This document shows positions 55,400 through 64,000 of a DNA stretch of 64,000 nucleotides, piece after piece. Both the position numbers and the translations under genes were made by a program. The stretch lies in the NCBI GenBank assembly GCA_963790405.1, contig CAWBOJ010000006.1:380858-444857 (forward strand). The letters run 5' to 3'. The notes under the pieces are model-generated. The model had not been told where the DNA came from, did no database searches, and worked only from the letters and a program-made list of their open reading frames with translations. This DNA is from an uncultured Actinomycetota bacterium (lineage in GTDB: Bacteria > Actinomycetota > Coriobacteriia > Anaerosomatales > JAGXFU01). Positions within the stretch are counted from its first letter, which is position 1; each line of letters opens with the position of its first letter.

Positions 55400-55433
55400 C
55401 CCGCGTCTGGCCAGACGTCCGAGGGAGTTGTCG

Positions 55434-55808
55434 GTGGACTACGCGTACAAGCGGGTAGGCACTGAGGGATTCGAATCTACGATCGAGGCCGTGGAGCGCT
55501 CTGTGCGCGACCACGGCTTCGTCATACAGCAGTTTCACGATATCAGCGCCCGGTTGGCTTCGAAGGGCTTCCCGATCCGGCCGCTCGTGATCTTCGAGAT
55601 CGCCTTGGCGGACGGTGATTCGGACGAAATGGTCTCGCTACTCATGCCGTGCAGGATCAACGTCTACGAAGAGGGCGACAGTGTCGTCGTCGCTGCGCTT
55701 CGGCCCAGCCTGTTCAAGGCGGTGTTTCCGGAGCACGAGCTCGATGCAGTTGCGCAGAGAGTAGAGGCGAGCGTGATCGATGTCGTAGACAGCGCTGTCA
55801 GCGGGTAG
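55434..55808 (+). CDS. DUF302-family protein
   Basis: HGFVI...DISARLASKG, LLMPCRINVYE, ALRP. Confidence 0.75.
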   Translation: MDYAYKRVGTEGFESTIEAVERSVRDHGFVIQQFHDISARLASKGFPIRPLVIFEIALADGDSDEMVSLLMPCRINVYEEGDSVVVAALRPSLFKAVFPEHELDAVAQRVEASVIDVVDSAVSG

Positions 55809-55853
55809 ACGGCAGACGCACGGCAGGGTCGATGCACCCGCGTTGGAGTCTGG

Positions 55854-56441
55854 CTACAGGACGCATGCCGAGTATCTCAGGAAGACAGCGATAGCCTCAT
55901 CGACTAGCTCGTCTCGCGTCTGTGCACGGTCATCGATGAGACATTCCTTCATCGAGTGCCCGAGAATGGCCAGTCCAACGTCTCCGATGGTTGAGGTAGC
56001 TCGCGACAGTCCCTTGAGGATAGCGTCGCATTCAGCACCTTCTTCCATCCGTTCCTGGATGTCACGGAGTTCAGCTTCCAGGCCGCCGAGTCGCGATATC
56101 ATCTCCGCGCTGTCTCCCGGAGAGATGCTGCTGGGATCAGGCGTCGACGTCGATAGGTTCCTATACCGGATGAAGACTTCGAATGCTTCCTGGATCACGC
56201 TATCCCGTCCGGTTTCGGCTCCGCCGGCCAGGCATGTCTTCATCGAGTAACCGATGATGCGCATTCCCACCTGCGTTAGCGCCGACTTGGCCGCGAGCAC
56301 TTGCGTCAGAATCGCCTGACAGTCCTTGTCGGAGCCGATCATCGTCTGAAGTCCGCGCACCTGACCCTCGAGCCGTTTGAGGCGGTTCACGATGCGGCGC
56401 CGTTCCGACTCGACTGTTATGGCATCCATGCGCTCGGGCAT
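55854..56441 (-). CDS. Tandem CsoR/CstR-family repressor (two repeats)
   Basis: Repeat 1 NRLKRLEGQVRG..DKDC..SMKTC; repeat 2 SRLGGLEAE..GAEC..SMKEC; GAGGAG RBS. Confidence 0.85.
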   Translation of the reverse strand: MPERMDAITVESERRRIVNRLKRLEGQVRGLQTMIGSDKDCQAILTQVLAAKSALTQVGMRIIGYSMKTCLAGGAETGRDSVIQEAFEVFIRYRNLSTSTPDPSSISPGDSAEMISRLGGLEAELRDIQERMEEGAECDAILKGLSRATSTIGDVGLAILGHSMKECLIDDRAQTRDELVDEAIAVFLRYSACVL

Positions 56442-56493
56442 AGCTTCTCCTCGATGGTGTTGCGATATCATTGTGCGGTACGTCTGTCGAAAA

Positions 56494-56512
56494 TATACCC
56501 CCTGGGGGTATA
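56494..56512. promoter_or_regulatory. CsoR/CstR-type operator between the divergent repressor and CDF genes
   Basis: Perfect palindrome TATACCCCC-T-GGGGGTATA. Confidence 0.88.
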
Positions 56513-56533
56513 ACGTGCAAGCGCGGGGATGGT

Positions 56534-57481
56534 ATGAGCCCAAACACTGAAACGGTATCCGCCTACTCCACTCCGCCGAGGATCAAGCAGATCAGGCGGG
56601 TTCTGTGGGTCGTTCTATTCCTCAACCTCATTGTGGCGATCGCCAAGATGGGTTGGGGCTACTTCTCCGGCTCGGTGGCCATGCAGGCCGACGGGTTCCA
56701 TTCTCTGTTCGACGGAACCTCGAACGTAGTCGGGCTCATCGGCATCGGTATGGCTGCTCGGCCTCCAGACAAGGACCACCCCTACGGTCATGCGAAGTAC
56801 GAGACCTACGCCTCGCTTGCCATCGGGGCGATGCTCGCCTTGGCGGCCTACAACGTGGGAAGCAGTGCCGTTCGGGAGTTGATGGCGGGTGCAGAACCTC
56901 CGCGCGTCGACATGATTTCGTTCGCTGTCATGCTTGGGACGCTCGCAGTCAACTTGACCGTGACTACGTATGAGCGTCGGGTTGGGAAGCGCATTGGCAG
57001 CGAGATCTTGATTGCGGACGCATCCCACACGTTCAGCGACATCTGGGTAAGCCTGGGCGTTATCGTCGGACTGGTCGCCGTCAAACTCGGCTACCCACAA
57101 GCCGACCCGCTCATCGCCGTGCTCGTAGCATTCGCCATCGCTTTCACGGCGTGGCATGTGTTCAAGCAAGCCAACGCGACGCTTTCTGACACGGCACGCA
57201 TCCCGCCGGTTGACGTGTGTGCCCGCGCCCGCGCGGTTGAGGGCGTACTGGGTTGTCATCACGTGCGGACACGCGGTACTGAGGCTGAGGTCTACGTCGA
57301 CCTTCACGTTCAGGTCGATCCGTCTTTGAGCGTCGAGGAGGGTCATCGCATCAGCACCGAGGTGGAGAATGTCGTGTGTGCTGCCTTCGATGCTGCAGTC
57401 GATGTTGTGGTTCATCTCGAACCGTACGATTCCTACGAGGCTTCGAAGACCGCCGAGGAGATCAATGCAGGACTTGCCTAG
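56534..57481 (+). CDS. Cation diffusion facilitator (FieF-like)
   Basis: ADGFHSLFD, PPDKDHPYGHAKYE, ADASHTFSD, VVHLEP. Confidence 0.93.
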   Translation: MSPNTETVSAYSTPPRIKQIRRVLWVVLFLNLIVAIAKMGWGYFSGSVAMQADGFHSLFDGTSNVVGLIGIGMAARPPDKDHPYGHAKYETYASLAIGAMLALAAYNVGSSAVRELMAGAEPPRVDMISFAVMLGTLAVNLTVTTYERRVGKRIGSEILIADASHTFSDIWVSLGVIVGLVAVKLGYPQADPLIAVLVAFAIAFTAWHVFKQANATLSDTARIPPVDVCARARAVEGVLGCHHVRTRGTEAEVYVDLHVQVDPSLSVEEGHRISTEVENVVCAAFDAAVDVVVHLEPYDSYEASKTAEEINAGLA

Positions 57482-58445
57482 GGCTGACGGGTCGCAGGAA
57501 TCATGGAAAGGATACGCACTCGCTGCTCTTGCGGCCGTCTTCTGGGCGACCGGCGGTCTGACTGCGAAGTGGCTGTTCAGCCCGATAGATGCTACGACGT
57601 CGGCGTGGCCGTTCCCTCCGCCCGGGCTCGAGGTTGATCCGCTTGTTCTCGCAGGCGCTCGTGCCCTCACAGCCGCGCTGATCCTGTTGGTGTACGTGGC
57701 TATCGCCAAGCCAGCCGCACTTCGTATCCGTCTTCGGGATGTGCCATTTCTCGCTCTGTTCGGCACAGTTGCATTGGCTGGAGTTCACGCGGCCTACTTC
57801 CTGGCGATTTCACACACCAACGTTGCCACTGCGGTGCTGCTCGAGTACCTGGCGCCCGTCATCGTGCTGGGCTTCTCCGTCGTTTTCTTGGGCGAGCGAA
57901 TGACCTGGGCCCTGCCGGTCGGGGTGGCTTTGTCTATTGGCGGTTGCGCGCTTGTTGTGGGAGTCGCGGGGGGAGCGGAGCTTGCGGTCACGTCGGCGGG
58001 TCTGGCGTGGGGTCTTGCAGCCGCTGGCTTCTTTGCCTTCTACCAGCTTCTCGGAAAATGGGCTGTTCCCCGATACTCGCCCTGGACGCTGCTCACGTAC
58101 GGGCTTCTCGCGGCGTCTGTGTTCTGGATCGTGTATCTTGGCGGTTTCGCCGAGATGCGCGCTCTGATGATAGAGCCTGCCGGAGGTGCAGCAGTGGTCT
58201 ACATTGCTGTCGCCTCCACGATTATTCCCTTCGGTGCTTCGCTGAAGGCCCTTCACTACATCGATGCGACAAAGGCGGTCGTCACATCCACTCTTGAGCC
58301 CGTGCTCGCAGGCATCGCGGGTTGGGTGGTGCTGGCCGAGATGTTCGACGCGTGGCAGGTGCTCGGCGGAGTGCTGGTTCTGGCTGCTATCGTGGTCGTG
58401 CAGCGGTCGGATCGTCGCGGCCTTGCGATTCCACCCGGAGTCTAG
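57465..58445 (+). CDS. EamA/DMT-family transporter
   Basis: About 10 TM helices; LEYLAPV, LGER, LEPV. Confidence 0.88.
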   Translation: MQDLPRADGSQESWKGYALAALAAVFWATGGLTAKWLFSPIDATTSAWPFPPPGLEVDPLVLAGARALTAALILLVYVAIAKPAALRIRLRDVPFLALFGTVALAGVHAAYFLAISHTNVATAVLLEYLAPVIVLGFSVVFLGERMTWALPVGVALSIGGCALVVGVAGGAELAVTSAGLAWGLAAAGFFAFYQLLGKWAVPRYSPWTLLTYGLLAASVFWIVYLGGFAEMRALMIEPAGGAAVVYIAVASTIIPFGASLKALHYIDATKAVVTSTLEPVLAGIAGWVVLAEMFDAWQVLGGVLVLAAIVVVQRSDRRGLAIPPGV

Positions 58446-58556
58446 AGAATCTGGACATCGACACAGATTGCCCGCATGGTGGTATATAAATTGCTATGCG
58501 GCTCGCTTCGCTGAGAGCCGTCCGGGCACGGTCGAGCTGGGGATGGAGTCACTGTC

Positions 58557-59957
58557 GTGGAGCTCATACAGCGGCCCGATCTCAAACAGAAGATCACGCT
58601 CTCGCCGCAGGTTTACCAGGGACTCAGCATTCTTGCGATGCCCGTCGCCGAACTCCAACAGCTTGTTGAGGCGGAGCTTCTGGAGAATCCCATGCTCGAG
58701 GTCGAAGAGCCGGAAAATGACGAAGAGCCGGCGGACGAGTACGAAGAGCGCGAGAACTCCGAGGAAGAGGATCGGGCCTGGGACGATTGGCTCGACATGT
58801 ACGACGAACTCGAGTCTTCGGAGACGACGGGGCCACGCGATCCGAATGAGGAAGCTGCAAACACCGAGGACTTTGTTGGCGGTATCCAGACGTTCGATGC
58901 GTACTTGATCGAGCAGATCGGCTTGCTGGATATCCCATCCGAAGTCTCCCGGGCTGCGCGCGCGATCATCGGGTTTCTCGACCGCGACGGCTTCTTTGCT
59001 GGCGAGTGTACAGAGGTCGCCGCGGTGGCAGATGTGGATGTTGAGACGGCCGAGCAGGCTCTGCGGGTCGTGCAGCAGTTGGATCCGCCAGGTGTCGGTG
59101 CGCGGACTCTCACCGAGGCATTGCGCATCCAGATGGAATACCTGGGCATGGACGAGCCGGTCCTGGACATGATCGTCGAGAGCCACATGAGCGATGTCGC
59201 CGCGAACCACTATCGCAAGATCGCTCGAGCGCTGCGCGTGGATGAAGATGAGATCAGGCGCGTCGTTGAGTTACTCAAGACTCTCAATCCGCGACCGGCG
59301 GGCGCATTCTCGCCCGGCCCCTCGCCCGGATACATCGTTCCCGATGTGACACTCCGCCGCTTCGACGCCGATTGGCTGATCATCCCCAACAACGAGGCGG
59401 TTCCGACTCTTCGGGTCAGCCCTCGCTACCGAGCAATGCTCAGATCGGGCTCGACGGCCGACGACGACACGAGACGGTATCTGAAGGACAAGATTCGATC
59501 GGCGGAGAGCTTCATCCGCAATGTGGATCGACGCAAGGACACGGTAAGTCGCATCGCGGAGATCATCTTGGACGTTCAATCGGAGTTCTTCGAGGACGGG
59601 AAGGGTTTGCTCCGTCCGCTGCGGCTCGAGGATGTGGCTGTTGAGATCGGCGTGCATCTATCGACGGTGAGCCGTGGGGTCACCGGAAAGTACATGGCGA
59701 CTCCCTACGGGCTGTTCGAGTTGAAGCACTTCTTCTCGGGAGGCTACCGGACGCGAACGGGCACCGACGTCGCTTCCACAAGCATCAAGCAGCGACTCAA
59801 GGAGATCGTCGGTGACGAGAGTCTGGAAAAGCCCTGGTCCGATCAGAAACTTGCCGAGCTGCTGTCGGACGAGGGAGTCACGGTAGCTCGTAGAACTGTG
59901 GCCAAGTATCGCGAGGAGCTGGGAATCGCTCCTTCGTGGGCACGGAGACGCCGATGA
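58557..59957 (+). CDS. rpoN: RNA polymerase sigma-54 factor
   Basis: ELLENPMLE, DPPGVGAR, HLSTVSR, RpoN box ARRTVAKYRE. Confidence 0.96.
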   Translation: MELIQRPDLKQKITLSPQVYQGLSILAMPVAELQQLVEAELLENPMLEVEEPENDEEPADEYEERENSEEEDRAWDDWLDMYDELESSETTGPRDPNEEAANTEDFVGGIQTFDAYLIEQIGLLDIPSEVSRAARAIIGFLDRDGFFAGECTEVAAVADVDVETAEQALRVVQQLDPPGVGARTLTEALRIQMEYLGMDEPVLDMIVESHMSDVAANHYRKIARALRVDEDEIRRVVELLKTLNPRPAGAFSPGPSPGYIVPDVTLRRFDADWLIIPNNEAVPTLRVSPRYRAMLRSGSTADDDTRRYLKDKIRSAESFIRNVDRRKDTVSRIAEIILDVQSEFFEDGKGLLRPLRLEDVAVEIGVHLSTVSRGVTGKYMATPYGLFELKHFFSGGYRTRTGTDVASTSIKQRLKEIVGDESLEKPWSDQKLAELLSDEGVTVARRTVAKYREELGIAPSWARRRR

Positions 59958-61476
59958 GCGAGACGGATCGCGATATTGAGCAAGCGAATCCTCGGCGAAT
60001 GACGTACACGCGTACGGCACGGCAGGTGCTCACGATCGCGGGGATGCTCATCGCGGTCACGGTACTCCATCTGTACGCGAACTCCTTCGGGCAGGTTGAC
60101 TGGCTGCATCTGCTGTATCGACGGCTCTACTACGTGCCAATCCTGTATGCGGCCTTCATCTTTGGAAAACGCGGCGGATTCCTTACGGCGGTAGCCGCGT
60201 CGATGCCCTTCGCTATGTACGCCCACATGTCACTCGGCGGGCTCTTCGGCGATCATGTCGACAATCTGCTTGAGATCGTCATGTACTTCGCCGTGGGTGT
60301 TCTGTTCGGTGCGCTTCATGACATGGAGGAGCGCAAGACTCGTGACTTGCGTCAGGTGTCCGTGCGCCTCGAAGATGCGTATCGCAAGCTTGAGGAGCGC
60401 GCGATTCAGCTCATCAACATTCAGGACTATACGCAGTCCATCTTGCGCTCGATCACGTCCGGCGTCCTGACGGTTGGACCGGATGGCTCCGTGACGACGG
60501 TGAATCCTGCTGCAGAACGCATGTTGGGCGTCAACGAGTACGACATCGTTCCTCGGCCAATAGGCGCGATTCTCTCCGACGACGGTGGACTTAGCACTGA
60601 CATGGACAAGGTGCTGTCGGGCCGGTTGCCGCTGTCGCTGCGCGAGGTAACGATCGTGACGCGCGACATGCGAACGATACACGTGCAGGCTTCGACATCG
60701 CGCATGAGAGCGGTCGGAGGACGAATCCTCGGCGCGGTGGTGACGCTGGAAGACGTGTCCGAGATCAAGGCGCTCACCGAGCAACTCATACGCGCCGATA
60801 GGCTTGCAGCGATGGGGGAACTCACGGCTGGGGTGGCTCACGAGGTGCGCAACCCTTTGGGAGTCATCCGGGCCACCGTACAGCTGCTCGAAGATGCTCG
60901 CGGTGACAGAACGCGTACAAAGGAGGCGGCCGATGTCATCAAACAAGAGATCGACCGCCTGGACAGAGTGATCAAAGCGCTTCTCGATTTCGGGCGTCCG
61001 AGTAGCCCCACGTTCGTCCATACGGACGTGGAGGATGTGCTGCACGACGTGCTGCTGTTCACGGGTCGGTTCGCCAAGCAGGCGGACGTGAGGATAGTCG
61101 AGAAGCTGAAGGGCGGACTGCCGCCGGTGACCGCGGATCCCGATCAGCTCAAGCAGGTAGTGCTGAACCTTGTCACCAACGCCGTTCAGGCCATGGAAGA
61201 CGGCGGGGGTACCATCACTCTAGAGACCGACACAGACGGGGATTTCGTTCATATCTCGGTTGGCGACACGGGCCCGGGTATTCCGGCGTCCAGCATCGGC
61301 AAAGTCTTCGACCCGTTCTTCTCCACAAGAGATGACGGGACCGGTCTCGGTCTGACGATCGTGCACAGGATCATCGACCAGCACGACGGACACATTGAAG
61401 TGGGAAGCGGCCCGGAGGGTACGGTATTCAGAGTCTCACTTCCGGCGGTCTTGGATGAACAGGCGGAGGGCACCGA

Positions 61477-61480
<4 letters not shown>
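59954..61480 (+). CDS. Membrane-bound PAS sensor histidine kinase
   Basis: N-terminal TM region (LHLLYRRLYYVPI), PAS, AHEVRNPL, NLVTNA, DTGPG, GTGLGL. Confidence 0.93.
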
Positions 61481-62826
<1,346 letters not shown>

Positions 62827-62854
62827 CTCGACGACCCTCCAAATGCCCTGCTCT

Positions 62855-62870
62855 TGGCATATGGCTTGCA
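62855..62870 (+). promoter_or_regulatory. Sigma54 -24/-12 promoter
   Basis: TGGCAT-ATGGC-TTGCA. Confidence 0.85.
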
Positions 62871-62908
62871 TCTGTGCAGGCACGATGCAATGGGCAGGGA
62901 GCTCGGAA

Positions 62909-63265
62909 GTGGCACGCACGCCGGCAAGACAGATGATTGTTGTGATCGGGAGCGGTCTGCTTGCGGGCGCCGTGCTCGTCGGTCTGCTGTTTCTGCTCGG
63001 TTCGGGTGATGCGACGAGTTCTAATGCGATTCAGCGAATCGGTTGGGTCGTCCCACTTGCGGCCGGGCTTGTCATCGGAGGCATAGCGCTTGTCTTGCTC
63101 GGCACCACGGACGATGCCAAAGACGAGGCCGACGATCTCGAAGCCGCGACGTGCGCCTCATGCGGGAGCCCAATCATCGCCGAGTGGCGCTTGTGCCCGC
63201 ATTGCGGCTCGCTTCTGGAATGCGATATGAGGATACCGGGTACCCCTTCTCCCCACGAACAGTAG
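62909..63265 (+). CDS. Two-TM protein with C-terminal zinc ribbon
   Basis: Two hydrophobic helices; CASC...CPHC. Confidence 0.75.
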   Translation: MARTPARQMIVVIGSGLLAGAVLVGLLFLLGSGDATSSNAIQRIGWVVPLAAGLVIGGIALVLLGTTDDAKDEADDLEAATCASCGSPIIAEWRLCPHCGSLLECDMRIPGTPSPHEQ

Positions 63266-63308
63266 ACTCGCGAGTCAGGGAAACGGCTCGCTTCGCGAAC
63301 GTTCGAAC

Positions 63309-63324
63309 TGGCATGAGCTTCGCA
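63309..63324 (+). promoter_or_regulatory. Second sigma54 -24/-12 promoter
   Basis: TGGCAT-GAGCT-TCGCA; GG and GC at the exact spacing. Confidence 0.7.
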
Positions 63325-63377
63325 TGGGTATAACCTACCTATCGAGTCAGGAATGACGGAGAGAAGAGGGAACAACG

Positions 63378-63596
63378 ATGGCCGAGACACAGACGACGCT
63401 CAAAACGACCGGTATGCATTGCAGGTCATGCTCGATGCTCGTGGACATGACCGTCGGCGAGCTTGAGGGCGTCGAGAGCGTTGAAACCGACCACGTCAGT
63501 GGGGACACGAAGGTGTCGTATGACCTGGAGAAGGTCTCCGTTGACGACATAGTGTCAGCAATCAGATCAGCTGGCTACGACGTCGACCAAGCGTAG
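63378..63596 (+). CDS. CopZ-like HMA metal chaperone
   Basis: GMHCRSC, 72 aa, C-terminal AGY. Confidence 0.9.
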   Translation: MAETQTTLKTTGMHCRSCSMLVDMTVGELEGVESVETDHVSGDTKVSYDLEKVSVDDIVSAIRSAGYDVDQA

Positions 63597-63640
63597 TCTG
63601 TCATCGCCCAACGACCGACAAACGAGAGGACCATCAAGAC

Positions 63641-64000
63641 ATGAGCGAGACGACGTATGCGGCATCGAGTCGCACGAAGTACATTCTTGTTGCCGTAGTG
63701 GTTGTACTGGCGTTCTTCGCTGCATACGGTATCGCGTCAGGCCGCGCGGATGCTTCCTCACAGACTGCCATCCCGGCCACGACAGCCAACGGTTCTGGAA
63801 CCGCTGCTGCGTGTGACCCTGCGGCTGATCTGGCAGCGTGTGGTGGAGACTGTTGCGAATCAGGCTCGTCCGAGCTGATCGAAGGAAGTGCGACGCTTGA
63901 AGGCGATGTGCAGAAGCTGTACGTGGATGTCTCGGGCGGCAGTTTCGATCCGAACGTCATCTACGTGAAGGCTGGCGTTCCGATCGAGCTCACGTTCAGC
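63641..64000 (+). CDS. Membrane-anchored cupredoxin-like protein with Cys-rich linker (3'-truncated)
   Basis: Translated by hand (absent from ORF track): TM helix, CDP..CGGDCC, then FDPNVIYVKAGVPIELTF. Confidence 0.7.
   Translation, partial: MSETTYAASSRTKYILVAVVVVLAFFAAYGIASGRADASSQTAIPATTANGSGTAAACDPAADLAACGGDCCESGSSELIEGSATLEGDVQKLYVDVSGGSFDPNVIYVKAGVPIELTFS

Noticed and set aside
63296-63305. LexA box (CGAACGTTCG)
   Set aside because: Lacks the 4-nt spacer between the CGAAC and GTTCG half-sites

Overview
GC-rich bacterial chromosomal window. Gene order (polA-rpsA-coaE-slt-uvrB; amtB-glnK-glnD; uvrA..uvrC-rapZ-yvcK-whiA-gap-pgk-tpiA-gpmI-secG) and protein features suggest an anaerobic Actinomycetota genome, probably Coriobacteriia-like; this is inference only. 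About 1-46.6 kb is mostly housekeeping. It also holds a diheme lipoprotein, an ArsR/P1B-ATPase metal module, ubiB-like, larE-like, acs and pduO genes, and a peptide ABC transporter, and it ends at tRNA-Leu(GAG). Many conserved genes in the first ~23 kb carry single-base frameshifts, most likely sequencing or assembly errors. The region after the tRNA is the most interesting. (i) A thioredoxin / FmdB-type zinc-ribbon / DUF302 operon: the zinc-ribbon gene reads ...CGTGGFT-TGA-GGC-TAG followed by a SECIS-like hairpin, making it a candidate C-terminal Sec-Gly selenoprotein. The operon carries a CsoR/CstR-type operator and lies next to a tandem-duplicated CstR-like repressor. (ii) A compact sigma54 module (rpoN, sensor kinase, NtrC-family activator) followed by two -24/-12 promoters in front of metal-binding and cupredoxin genes. 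(iii) An atypical radical SAM (CxCxxC) gene coupled to a B12-radical SAM gene and an aminotransferase. Visible regulatory sites include a LexA box at uvrA, GlnR-like 11-bp periodic boxes at amtB and an ArsR 12-2-12 operator. No CRISPR array, integrase or transposase was found.
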